A stretch of DNA of 64,000 nt, taken from Octopus sinensis. Taxonomy: Eukaryota. A program made the translations under genes and the position numbers. The stretch is taken from positions 4,898,001 through 4,962,000 of the forward strand of contig NC_043021.1 in the NCBI RefSeq assembly GCF_006345805.1, read 5' to 3'. The first letter of the stretch is position 1, and each line of letters opens with the position of its first letter. This document shows positions 27,414 to 41,810 of the stretch, in pieces. The notes beneath the pieces were generated by a model, which did no database searches, was not told the origin of the DNA, and saw only the letters and a list, made by a program, of their open reading frames with translations.

Positions 27414-27858
27414 TGAAATTATTGTATACAGTGCTCAGGTGCACCACAACTTGCCAGAAAGTGCATATAAAGTACATGCAGTAATGTACAAATGTCTGGA
27501 AAGCGAACAGTGTATGAGTCAGATACATGCTTGTGTGTGTATGGAGGGGAGAAAATCAGGTGTAGTGTTGGCGAATCTCAGAAAGCATGGAAGTTTTGAA
27601 GGATGCAGTGTTCCGACAACTAACAAACTGAAACTGGCAGTTTGTTCCATGCTTCAGCAACTCTCAGCGTGAAAAAATGTTTCCTAAAGTCATGGGAGCT
27701 GTGCGTGGTAAGTAGCTTGCTAACCAACCACATGGTTCCGGGTTCAGTCCCACTGCGTGGCATCTTGGGCAAGTGTCTTCTGCTATAGCCCCGGGCCGAC
27801 CAATGCCTTGTGAGTGGATTTGGTAGACAGAAACTGAAAGAAGCCTGTCGTATATATG

Positions 27859-27911
<53 letters not shown>

Positions 27912-30900
27912 GTATACATGTATGTGTGTGTGTTTGTGTTTGGCCCCCTAGCATTGCTTGACAACTGATGCTGGTGTGTTTACATCCCCGTCACTTAGAG
28001 GTTCGGCAAAAGTACTGGGCTTACAAAGAATAAGTCCCGGGGTCGATTTGCACGACTAAAAGGCGGTGCTCCAGCATGGCCGCAGTCAAATGACTGAAAC
28101 AAGTAAAAGAGTAAAAGAGTATGTCCACAGGTGTTAGACAGGTGGAGTTTGAAAAGTTTTGTATGTATGTAGCTTAATATGTGCATCTCTAATCACAAGC
28201 AGAAATAGTGGAGGAGCATCATAGCCATGTGTCGAGAAGAATTCTTTGGGGTTTGGATAATTCACCTTTGGAAAAATGGGCAGTTCATTCAAAATCCTTA
28301 CCCCTTTCGTTACTGTATTTATTTTGAGATGCTCTATGTTTCTTTCAATTATTTTAGATAAAACAAAGAATTTAGTAAAATAACTTCGTTATCATTAAGC
28401 TAATGGTAGGAACATAAATTGTGACTGGTGTTGATCTGTTTATGCCCCACCCCCCACCCGTAACTTAGCATTTCATCAAAAGGGACTGATAGCATAAGTA
28501 CCAGGCTTTAAAAACAAAGAGTATTGGGGTCGATTTGTTAGACTAAAATTCAAGGCAGTGCCCCAGCATGGCCAAAGTCTAATAACAAACAATTAAAAAA
28601 TAAGAGATAGTCATGAGAATGGCTAGGTAATTAAGGCATTTGCTTCACAAACATGATTCTGGGTTCAATCCTACCACATGACAGCCTGGCCACATGTCTT
28701 CTACAGCCTCAGGTTTTGTGAATGGAAACTGATAGACAGAATCTGTACAAAAACCCGTTGTGTGTGCAGCATGTGTGTGTATCTGTAGGGGGAAGAGGGT
28801 GTACTTTTACTTAGCAGTTCAACAAATAGAGAATGAGGTAAATAACTAGCAGTTTAAAAAAAAAAGTACCAGGATTGATATTAACTAAAAGTCTTGAAGG
28901 AGTTCCCCTCACGGGATTAAAACCCCTTGCCGTTGGCATGTGTAAAAAGAAAAAAAAAGAAAGAATTCAAGCGCGGTTGTTGCCAGTACCGCCTGACTGG
29001 CCCCTGTGCTGGTGGCACATAAAAGCACCCACTATACTCTCGGGGTGGTTGGCGTTAGGAAGGGCATCCAGCTGTAGAAACTCTGCCAGATCAAGACTGG
29101 AGCCTGGTACAGCCATCTGGTTCGCCAGCCCACAGTCAAACCGTCCAACCCATGCTAGCATGGAAAGCGGACGTGGCACGTAAAAAGCAACATCTGAACA
29201 TGGCCGATGCCAGCGCCACCTTGACTGGCTTTCGTGCCGGTGGCACGTAAAAAGCACCAATCTGATTGTGGCCGTTGCCAGCCTAGCCTGGCACGTAAAA
29301 AGCACCCACTACACTCTCAGAGTGGTTGGCGTTAGGAAGGGCATCCAGCTGTAGAAACTCTGCCAGATCAGACTGGAGCCTGGTGCAGCCTTCTGGCTTC
29401 CCAGATCCCCGATCGAACCGTCCAACCCATGCTAGCATGGAGAACGGACATTAAACGATAATGATGATGATGATGATGAAGGAGATACCACCCACATGAC
29501 TGAAATGACTGAAGGAGGTACCCCTGGTACCCCTACACAAATGAAACCAGAGAAAGGAATAAAAGCAAGCAGGTACTTACTTGTGGACAATGGACTTTGA
29601 CTGAAGCGCCGCACTAAAGAAATCGTCAACAGTTTCAACAGCTGCGAAAGCTTCTATGCAAGACGTCAGAGGTATCCGCGGTCGTACTAGAGCTTCAGGG
29701 GAACTGCAAGACACGAGGACAAGTGTAATAATGGGAAACAGAAAGGTTAATAGAAGAGCGGTTGTAAAAGATATTTTTTTTAAAATACAAAAAAAAAAAA
29801 CTTGAGGAATGGAATTAAGGTTAGACAGGACGCACACACATAAATACGTTTATGAATTTGTTTTAAAGATTTCTAATATTGTTATTTTTGGGAAGGTCAT
29901 TTTTTTTCTCGCCAAATAAACAGAAGCACTATATGTTCATTCTTCACTTGTTTATTATCAAATAAGGATACACATCATAGAAAGACAGAATAGACCAAAC
30001 AGAACAGAAGGAGACGAAGAGGTCACAGGTGTGTGATGAAAGATTTCCAGACAATGGACATAAGATAAAATAAAAACAATAATAAATGAGTGAATAACGA
30101 ATATACAGTGCATGTGTTTATTTGGCAAGAAAAAAATAAATGATCATCTCAAAATATAGCAACATATATATACGGAAACACACATACACACACACACACA
30201 TGGATAATATAACACGAGATCGGAAGATACCAGGTTTTAATAGTATCTCACAACATTTGTTTCTGCACTGCACACCAGCTTTAAGTTGCTGAGTTTCTAT
30301 TCACATACCATTAGAGAAGATCATACTTTAAAAAAAAGGAGAACTAGGAATCAATTTAGGGCAGTGCTGTAGCATGACCGAAAGAAGTAAAAGCTAAAGT
30401 GAGAAAAAAAAATTTAAAAAGAAAAAATGAAAAAAAGGGTTATGCAGTTTTGCAGATTTACAACAAACAATAAAATTTGCAAAACATCTGAAGAGCAAAG
30501 AGTAACAGAAAAACAACATACTTTTGAAAAAGAATTAAAAACTTACGTTTTCTGGCCTTGGGCTTCTAGGAGTGCTTTTTTAGCTTCATATGCAGAAAAT
30601 TCATCTGTAAATAAAAGATATGGTATTATTGAATATATATATATATATAATATATATATATATAATTTATATATAGAGGGCATTATACATACATGCCAGG
30701 AGGCATTATACATACATGCCAAACGCTAAGAGGGACAATCAGTCATTTCTACCAAAAATATTACTAATCCCACCGAATGCAATTTTTCAAAGTAAGACTT
30801 TGAAAAATTGCATTCGGTGGGATTAGTAATATTTTTGGTAGAAATGACTGATTGTCCCTCTTAGCGTTTGGCATGTATGTATAATGCCTCCTGGCATGTA

Positions 30901-31044
30901 TGTATAATGCCCTCTATATATAAATTAATATGTTCAATAAGAAATAATTATTTTCGAAATTTTTTTCTCTTATGAGGTTTTTACGCTATCTACCTGACAA
31001 TTTCTTGTTAAGTTTTCCTTATTAAGTAGTTGTCCTTAATTGCT

Positions 31045-31108
<64 letters not shown>

Positions 31109-31704
31109 AGCGGTTTTGGTATTCAGAAGACCCGAAAGGCAGGTAAGGTTATGTAAGTGCTTCGGAAGGACCACCGTTAGACTCCTGGTTTGATAATAGT
31201 ATGAGTGAGGAGTCTAACACAGACCGTGTGTGAGTGTGTATACGTTAAATAAAATGAGATAACAAACCCAAGGCACTGTGAAATTTCTAGATTTTTAAAG
31301 AGAAAGGTAGTCTTACAGCTGTTTCAGGGATATAAAGGATACCCCATCATCAGAGATGATATGAAAGAGTTAAATAGAAGAAAATGGTTTCAAGCTATCT
31401 TCAGCGAATAAAATAATTTGCTAGGCACAGTTCTCATCAGCAGGAAAGCCAAGATTAACATATAAATACGAGGTGTATTTATATGTTAATCTTGGCTTTC
31501 CTGCTGATGAGAACTGCGCCTAGCAAATTATTTTATTCGCTGAAGATAGCTTGAAACCATGGTACAGGAAAGAGATGGTAAAAGCTTTTATTTTTCATTC
31601 CCTTTCAAAATTACCCCTAATAGTGGTTTGGAGTTTCAACTACTTCTAGCGGGTCAGATGTCCTATTATGGCCATCTTTTATGTGTTTAAATGTACACTG
31701 TATT

Positions 31705-31764
<60 letters not shown>

Positions 31765-32319
31765 GGTTGTCCACTCATGACTGAGGAAGTCCATCACTGA
31801 CCATTGCCCCTACAAAATGTCACCAATGCCTGTGCGTAAAGCAACTGCACCTGTGGTTGGCTTTATCCGGGCTCACACCCCTGCCTTCCAAGCTCATCAC
31901 AACACCCTCCTACTTGACAGGGTATCAGAAAGTCACCCCACCAGTAGTTGTGCAAACTAAAATTTTAAGTCCAATAAGGCTGGCATAACATCTCATGGGC
32001 CCTCTCCACTCTATTGACAAAATCCAGAAACAAGCCAGGGCAAGGTGTCTAGTGCCCATATGGGACACAGGCTCAGGAATGTGGGAGCACCATGACCTCA
32101 AGCACAAGCAAAATATTCCCAAAATGCTCAATGACATTCCCTGCATATTTGATTTTATATCAGAGTGACCTTCTCCAAGAGACATGCTTTACCAAAAGCT
32201 GAGGGATGCTTCACTCCCAGTGGCCTTCCAGCACACTGGACACTAGACCAGAATTTCTGAGGGGCCATAATATAGTTAGATATTCGTTGAGCTTACACTA
32301 TACTAGGTTCATCTGTCCT

Positions 32320-32360
<41 letters not shown>

Positions 32361-35300
32361 AGGGAACCTGTGGAAGAGGCAGACCCAGGAAAACCTGGGA
32401 CGAGGTGGTGAAGCACGACCTTCGAACTTTAGGTCTCACTGAGGAAATGACTAGAGACCGAGTCCTCTGGAAGTGTGCTGTGCACGAGAAGACCTGGCAG
32501 GACAAGTGAGTCCATAACCCGTGGCCTTCTACTTAGGATGGAGCCAGCCTACGTATGCATACCTTCCCTTCTTGGGACACAAAACTCTACTTGTGAAGAC
32601 CTGTTGAGGCAAGTGAGGATCAGAATCGAAATCGATCAATGGAAATTGCAGATGTGTTACCAGTGCCGGTGGCATGTCGAAACTCTACTTGTGAAGACCC
32701 GTTGAGGCAAGTGAGGATCAGAATGGAAATCGATCAATGGAAATTGCAGATGTGTTACCAGTGCCGGTGGCATGTAAGAGAACCTTCCGTTTCGCGACCG
32801 TTGCCAGCACCGCCCCGTTTCGTGTCCGTTGCCAGCCTCGCCTGGCCCTTGTGCCGGTGGCACATAAAAAGCACCATCCGTTCGTGGCCGTTTGCCAGCT
32901 CTGTCTGGCACCTGTGCGGGTGGCACGTAAAAAGCACCCACTACACTCACGGAGTGGTTGGGGTTAGGAAGGGCATCCAGCCGTAGAAACACTGCCAGAT
33001 CTGACTGGGCCTGATGAAGCCTTCTGGCTTCACAGACCCCAGTAGAACCGTCCAACCCATGCCAGCATGGAAAACGGACGCTAAATGACGATGATGATAA
33101 TGATGATGAATACACAGGTATGTTTATGTACGTCTGATTACGTATGTATAAGGATGTGAAATATAAAGATTTTTTACCAAACCTATTTCACCCAACTTGC
33201 CTCCACTCTAGCAAAAGGAGAAAGAGCAAGAGAAATAAAATGGAGAGAGAATGAAAAGAAGAGAGAGAGAGAGAGAGAGAGATCAACATAAATGAAAGAG
33301 GAAAAGGGTAAGAGATGAGGAGGGGAGAGAAGGAAAGCAAAAGAGTGAGAAAAAGGAAATAGAGAGGGAGAGAAGGGAGAGGAGCGGAGGGATCATACCT
33401 TTATTGATAGCTGCATCTAAGTGCACAGGGACCGCAAAGACGTAGTCAGTTCTGTATGTGTATCGTACTTTGCCCGACGCCACACACTTCACTTTTTCTT
33501 CCACCTTGTACTTGAAACAGTCGGTAGCTTTTGGTAAATGTGGTCCTTGGCGCTGTAAAGTCAATTAAAATTGATTAACTTTAATAATAATGGTTTCAAA
33601 TTTTGGCACAAGGCCAGCATTTTAGGAAAGACCTAAATCAATTAAATCAACCCCAGTACTTGGTTGATACAAGTTGACCCCAGTGGAATTTGAATTCAGG
33701 ATGTGAAGAGCCAGAAGAAACGCCGCTAAGCATTTTGTCTGAAAACTCTAAAAATTCTAGCAGCTTACTGCCTTAATTATAATAATAATGATAATAATAA
33801 TGGGGGCATCATAGCCATGCGTTGAGAGGAGTTCTTTGGGGTATGAATAATTCACCTCTGGAAACATAGGTATTTTATTTATTTTTATTTTACTTGTTTC
33901 AGTCATTTGACTGCGGCCATGCTGGAGCACCACCTTTAGTCGAGCAAATCGACCCCGGGACTTATTCTTTGTAAGCCCAGTACTTATTCTATCGGTCTCT
34001 TTTGCCGAACTGCTAAGTGACAGGGACGTAAACACACCAGCATCGGTTGTCAAGCAATGCTAGGGGAACAAACACAAACATACACGCACACACACATATA
34101 CATATATATACACATATATACGACAGGCTTCTTTCAGTTTCCGTCTACCAAATCCACTCACAAGGCATTGATCAGCCCGAGGCTATAGTAGAAGACACTT
34201 GCCCAAGGTACCACGCAGTGGGACTGAACCCGGAACCATGTGGTTGGTAAACAAGCTACTTACCACACAGCCACTCCTGTGCCTATTTCATTAATCATCC
34301 TTAAACAAACTTTATTCAGGCACCTTTTGAGCAAGATGGGCTACTCAACCTGAAGAAAATTCAAACTGGGTCCTACTTGCAAGGTCATGCACAGTTTCAT
34401 CTTGATATGAGATAACCATGAAGTACACACATGGTTGTGACGCATGTACCTGGTGTACCCTTATCAGATGAGTAGTCATGATGGGTGAATTGGGCTTCAT
34501 ACATTTGTACCCCAGTGTCACTTTGATTACACATGCTGCTCTCTCGCTCAGTAATAATAATTCTTGCTATTAAAGGCACAAGACCTGAAATTTTGGGGAA
34601 GGGGGCAAACTGATTACATTGGCCTCAATGCTCAACTGGTACTTATTTCATTGACCCTGGAAGGTCGAAAGACAAAGCAGACCACAGTGGAATTTGAAAT
34701 TAGAGTGTTGGACAAAATGCCAAGTGGTATTTCTTTCAGTTTTTCACATTCTAACAAATCTGCCAACTTGATGATGATGATGATAATAAAAATAATAATA
34801 ATAATAATCCTTTCTTCAATAGGCACAAGGCCTGAAATTTTAGGTGGGACTAGTCAATTACATCAATCCCAGTGCATAGCTGGTACTTTATTTTATGAAC
34901 CCCGAAAAGATGAAAGACAAAGTTGACTAAATTGACTCCAGTGTTCAACTGGTACTTATATTATTGACCCTGAAAGGATGAAAGGCAAAGTCGACATTGG
35001 CAGAATTTGAACCCAGAATGTAAAGACAGATGAAATACTGCTAAGCATTTTGCCTGGTGTGCCAACAGTTCTGCCACTTCGCTACCTATTTCTAACATAG
35101 GCACATGACAAATTTCAGGACAGGAGTTAGCCAAAAATATCACTCCCAAATATATAACTGGTACCTGTTTTATCAACTACAAAGGATGAAAGGTAAAGTT
35201 GATCACAGCAGGATTTGAACTCAGAACATAAAGGGTTTTTTTATGAAATACTGTGAGGCTCTTAATAGTAAATGGCTCTAGTATAGCACAAAACCTGGAA

Positions 35301-35412
35301 ATTGAAGAAGTGGAGTTAGTCTACTGTATCGACCCAGGAAAGGATGGAATTGTCCTTAGTTGGAATACCTAATAGTCATAGATCTACTCCATCACAATTA
35401 AAAACAACAACA

Positions 35413-35461
<49 letters not shown>

Positions 35462-36079
35462 TTACTACTACTACAAATCAAGCAGTGCAAGAACAAGCAC
35501 AATAATCAATGTCTAACCTCAATGAAATTGATGAGGTGGAGGAAATATTCTTCAGCATCTTGTTGGCGCTTGGAAGAAAACTCTGGATGACCTCTGCCAA
35601 CCAGCGTCTTGAACATCTGTGGTCGGATTCCTTTAGGTGGCTGTCAACATAGAATAAATAGCAATAAACAAACAAAAACAAACAAATACACAAAAAGCAA
35701 TCACCTCTTTCTCCATTTCTAAATTTTGCAGATAATTTTTAATGCACGGGTTGATGTAGAGTAAAGAGTGTAAACATTCATACACCATCACTATCTTTCC
35801 AAATCCGGCTGCATTTCACATGGAAGTTTTTGTCCCCTAAAGTCATCTTGGTGTATAGGTCAACCTACTCTTCCTCTTTCACTTGTTTCAGTCATTTGAC
35901 TGCGGCCATGCTGGAGCACCGCCTTTTTTTTAGTCGAGCAAATCGACCCCGGGACTTATTCTTTGTAAGCCCAGTACTTATTCTATCAGTCTCTTTTGCC
36001 GAACCGCTAAGTGACGGGGACGTAAACACACCAGCATCAGTTGTCAAGCAATGCTAGGGGGACAAACACAGACACACAA

Positions 36080-36110
<31 letters not shown>

Positions 36111-36986
36111 CATATATACGACAGGCTTCTTTCAGTTTCCGTCTACCAAATCCACTCACAAGGCATTGGTCGGCCCGGGGCTATAGCAGAAGACACTTGC
36201 CCAAGATACCACGCAGTAGGACTGAACCCGGAACCATGTGGTTGGTTAGCAAGCTACTTACCACACAGCCACTCCTGCGCCTACCTTTTTTTTTTTTTTT
36301 TTGGCTATAAATTACAGTGTCAAAAATCTGACCTGTGTACCAGAAAATACCTTAAGTCCATGCTTGTTCACTTTACACCTGTTTTGCCATACTTGCAAGG
36401 GATGGACAAGTATGCTATTTGAGGAACTGTTTTATGGAAGGATACTAAGGGTCACTTATTTCATACATTTTCAAAGGCACAATCAGCCCAATTTGTTAAC
36501 ACCAGAAATTGACAACAACACTGACCACTGAGATCCCATGATTAGGAAGTGAACTGCTTGATTACACAGCCACGCCACTACTTACAAGGGGCGTTCAATA
36601 AGTAATGCCCTTAACCCACTTCCCATAGCAGTAGAGCAACGAAACTAGGCACAGTTATTAGTCTTTTTCTACATAGGAACCACCCAGAGTTACGCATTTC
36701 TCCCATCGTTTGATGCAGCTCTGGAGACCGTTTTTGTAGAAGACCCCAGCTTGGTCCTCCAACCACGACATGACTTCAGAAATCAAGGCTGCATCATCTG
36801 GGAAACGCTTTCCTTTCAAAAACAACTTCATGGCTGGGAAGAGGTGAAAATCAGAGGGTGCAAGGTCAGGAGAGATGGGGGGATGGGGGAGGAGTTCATA
36901 GCCGCATGCCTGTGCTTCTGATCTGGCGACACGTGAGTTGTGGACCGGAGCGTTGTACACCATACGTACATATATACAAATACATG

Positions 36987-37032
<46 letters not shown>

Positions 37033-40000
37033 CACACACATACATATATGCACACACATACATAGATGCAGACACAATATCTTTTATCTTTTACTTGTTT
37101 CAGTCATTAGGTAGCGACCATGCTGGGGCACCCCCTTGAGGAAGTTTTAGTCAAATGAATCGACTCCAATATTTTTTTTAAAGCCTGGTACTTATTCTAT
37201 TGGTCTCTTTACTGAACTGCTAAGTTACAGGGATGTAAACACATTAATACTGGTTGTCAGATGGTGATGAGAAACAAACATCGACACAACAACACACACA
37301 CACATAGGCACAGCATGCTTCTTTCAGTTTCTGTCTACCAAATCCATTCATAAGGCCTTGGTCAGCCTGAGGCTATAGTAGAAGACACTTGCCCAATGTA
37401 TCACACAGTGGGACTGAACCCAGAACCATGTGGTTGAGAAGCAAGCTTCTTATTTATTTATTGTCCACAAGGGGCTAAACATAGAGGGGACAAACAAGGA
37501 CAGACAAAGGGATTAAGTCAATTATATCGACCCCAGTGCATAACTGGTACTTAATTTATCAACCCCGAAAGGATGAAATGCAAAGCTTCTTACCACACAG
37601 CCATGCCCATGCCTATATACACACACACAAAAAAAACACAGACACACATACAGACTTACCTATTTATGTAAATATACACACACACGCATACATGACAGAA
37701 AGACAGATAGAGATACTAAATTACTGATATAATACTTACCGGCATATATTCTTCATCTATCTCTGTCTCATTTGGTGGTTTAGAATATTCACCAGAAAGA
37801 AGACCATGAGCTAACTTGGCCCTGAGAGAGCAAGAGAGGGAGAGATGATAAAATAAAATGGATAGGAAAGGTATATATAAAGATAGACATAAGAAAATAG
37901 TAAAATAATTTGTACATGTAGAAGAAATTAGAAGATGAATTCTTAGCTGGCTCCAGTATTGTCCAGAGTCTCCAAAATAACAAGCATATGCACAAAAAGT
38001 CATAACAACCTGTTGGAAATACAAGCTAAATTTCCCTCAAACCACACCAAATGTCTTAAAACAAGAAGGACACAGGCTACAATGCACTATGTTGTTTTAG
38101 ATATACACTCTGTCTGAATAGAAAGACAGGAGGATCACTACTAAATCCCCTTTAATCATGAGTCTGTCTGATCAGGACTGATTGACACTGGCTCAAAATC
38201 CTCTGCAGCTAAATATCAGATTATTGTAATAATAATGAAATTATTGTATACAGTGCTCAGGCGCACCACAACTTGTCAGACAGTGTGTATAAAGTATATG
38301 CAGTAATGTACAAATCTCTGGAAAGCAAATAATGTATGAGTCAGATACATGCTTGTGTGTGTATGGAGGGGAGAAAATCAGGTGTAGTGTTGGCGAATCT
38401 CAGAAAGCATGGAAGTTTTGAAGGATGCAGTGCTCTGACAACTAACAACTGATGCCAGCAGTTTGTTCCATGCTTCAGCAACTCTCAGCGTGAAAAAATG
38501 TTTCCTAAAGTCATGGGAGCTGTGCTGTTTTCTGACTTTGTAAATATGTCCACAGGTGTTGTGATATTTAGCTGCAAAGGATGCAATAGTTAGCCACCAC
38601 AAAAAAAAAAAAAAAACTAGGCCAAAATAAGAAGACAAGAGGCTAACATTTTAAGTGCAGACTTGCATTGAATACAATGAAACAATTGGGTCCACCATTT
38701 GTGGCTGCTCAGTCCTTGCAAAGTTGGAGTGTCTCCTGAGAGACAACTGAGACATCAGCTATGTCAATTAGGCAATATGCAGACCTGACCAACATATAGA
38801 TTGAGAAGTAGCATATATCAAATGAAACCTTTTCGATTTGAATGGCAATTTTTAAAAATAATTTCCACGTAACTAAACACTTTTAAACTTCGTATACTGG
38901 TAGAATGTGTTTATAAAACATCTTTTTCTCTTGGCTTTATTGAGAAAATTCTATAGTTTGTAAGATATTTGTTGGTTTTTTTTCTTCAATTTCTGCAATT
39001 TCAACCAATCAATGACGTCTATTGAGGTAAAAAAAAACATTCTGTGCCGTATGAATATGTCCTTCGTTTAAGAAACAGATTAAATTGTTAGCATGCTGGG
39101 CGAAATACTGCTGAGCATTTCGTCCAGCATGCTAACAATTCTGCCAGCTCACCACCCCAACAATAATAATAATGATGGTCTCTCCCATCCATTTTGATGC
39201 TTGAGTGTTTGACGGCGAAGATTTAAAGAGAAAAAGAAGCTGCATCTATTTGTGATGAATGCATGAGTGTAATTTGAGTTCAGGGATGGATTGTCGAGCA
39301 TCAAACATAGAAGTTATTCCTGTTGTCATCAGAGTATTGGGTTCAATACCACCCAACCTGAAGAAATTTTCGGACACTTTAGAAATGCCTAAGTGTATTA
39401 CAAGAATTGGCTTTACTTGGAACTGCACACATACTGCATAAAGTACTGCCTATCTGAGGTCTCTGTTGTGACTTGACGGACAAGTACAAACCCCTAGTAC
39501 ACACAATATCTTCAATCTACAACATCACAGTATTGGATACTGTGCAATTTTTCAATAATAATAATAATAATAATGGTTTCAAATTATGCCACAAAGGCAG
39601 CAATTTTGGAGGAGGGGATGAGCCGATTACATCAAACCCAGTGTTCAACTGGTACTTATTTCATCGATCTCTAAAGGATGAAAGGCAAAGTTGACCTCAG
39701 CAGAATTTGAACTCAGAACGGAACAACGGGCAAAACACTGCTAAGCATTTCCTCCAGCATGCTAATGATTCTGCCAGATAATCTTTTTCTACTAATAGGC
39801 AAATAGCCTGAACTTTTGGTGAAAGGGGCAAGTCAATTACACTGACCCCAGTGTTCAACTGGTACTTATTTTATCAAACTCAAAAGGATGGAAAGCTAAG
39901 TCGATCTTGGTACAATTTGAACTTAGAGTGTACAGAGGAATGAAATATCACTAAGCATTCTCTGGCATGCTAATAATTCTACCAGTTCACCATTTCAATA

Positions 40001-41689
40001 ATAATAATAATAATAATAATCCTTTCTACTATAGGCACAGGGCCTGAATCTTAGGAGTAGGGGGTAGGTGATTACATCAACCCCAGTACTCAACTGGTCC
40101 TTATTTTATTCGACCCCCGAAAGGATGAAAGGTAAAGTCAACTTCGACGGAATTTGAACTGGGAACATAGTGACAGGCAAAATACTGTTAAGCATTTCAT
40201 CCAGCATGCTAGCAATTCTGCCAACTTGCCACAATAATAATAATAATAATAATAATGATAATAATAATAATAAATGCCCTGATGCAGTACCAGGCAGTGG
40301 CTCTCGTGGCTTCTGATCTTAACTGATTGGAAGTGTTATCATGTACATTGTTTTGTCTTGGTATAAAAGATGGGCTACAGCAAATATTCTGTTCAATACC
40401 ACAGATTTGCTTGTCAGTTGTTTGACCTTAACCAGTTGAGCATGTCCCTTAGTGGCTGACGATATGTGCATCTCTGATCACGAGCAGAAGTAGTGGGGGA
40501 GCATCACAGCCATGTGTTGAGAGGGATTCTTTGGGGTTTGGATTCACCTTTGGAAACACGGGTGGTTCGTTCAACATCCTTAAACAATTCTTATTCAGGG
40601 ACCTTTTGAGCGGGATGGGCTACTCGACCTGAAGAAAATTCTAACTGGGCCCCACCTGCCCTGTTTATCTTGATATGAGATCACCATGTTGAGCACATAT
40701 GGTTGTGATGCATGTGCCTGGTGTACCCTTATCAGACAGGTAGTCATGATGGGTATGCTGGGCTTCATATATTTTACCCCAGTGTCACTTTGATGGCATG
40801 CAATGCACTCACTCAATAATAATAATAATGGCACGTAAAAAGCACCATCCGTTCGTGTCCGTTGCCAGCCTCGCCTGGCCCCGTGCCGGTGGCACATAAA
40901 AAGCACCATCCGTTCGTGGCCGTTTGCCAGCTCTGTCTGGCACCTGTGCGGGTGGCACGTAAAAAGCACCCACTACACTCACGGAGTGGTTGGCGTTAGG
41001 AAGGGCATCCAGCCGTAGAAACACTGCCAGATCTGACTAGGCCTGGTGAAGCCTTCCGGCTTCCCAGACCCCAGTTGAACCGTCCAACCCATGCTAGCAT
41101 GGAAAGCGGACGTAAAACGATGATGATGATGAATAACAACTTACATTTGAACATTGAAGTCAGAGGTCGGATTAACTGGAGCACCAGCAAAGATGGCATC
41201 TCTACAATCAAAGTACCTGGGGGGAAAAAAAGAGAGAGTAAAGTGTGGGTTGGAGTGAGAGAGAGAGAATAAGAAAACAATGAAAGAGAAAAACAAAGAA
41301 AAAGAGGCAGTTGATGAGAAACAAAATTGATAAAAAAACTCACTTTTCCTGAAAATCTGGGATGGTGAAAATCACCTGCATCACAGAATTCATATAGCAA
41401 CTGTTGCCAAGGTTACGCATACCCGTGCAGCCTGGCCCATAGAGGGGGGTCAGCTGACTGCCAGACTCCTGAATCACATCCCATTCACCGATCTTCTGAT
41501 TCAAGTCTATCTCCAGCTCAACCATTGTTTTTTCTGTCTACAGAAAACAAAATTCGTCTGAGAAAGGCATGAACATCACAACACAATCTGTTCCCCATTA
41601 TACATACACACCCACTGACTTTGTAATTTGTGTGGCCCTTGACCGAAAAGTGAAAAGATCAATATTACATATATTCGAATGTATAAACC

Positions 41690-41750
<61 letters not shown>

Positions 41751-41764
41751 GTGTGTGTGTGTGT

Positions 41765-41810
<46 letters not shown>

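Noticed and set aside
33010-33035. CTGATGA-AGCC-TTCT-GGCT in the family D UTR as a hammerhead
   Set aside because: No GAAA after the stem, and other copies read CTGATGCAG or CTGGTGCAG
37789-38024. ORFs upstream of exon 10 as the missing YVD..APxDP exon
   Set aside because: No similarity; the real exon was found at 41216-41145
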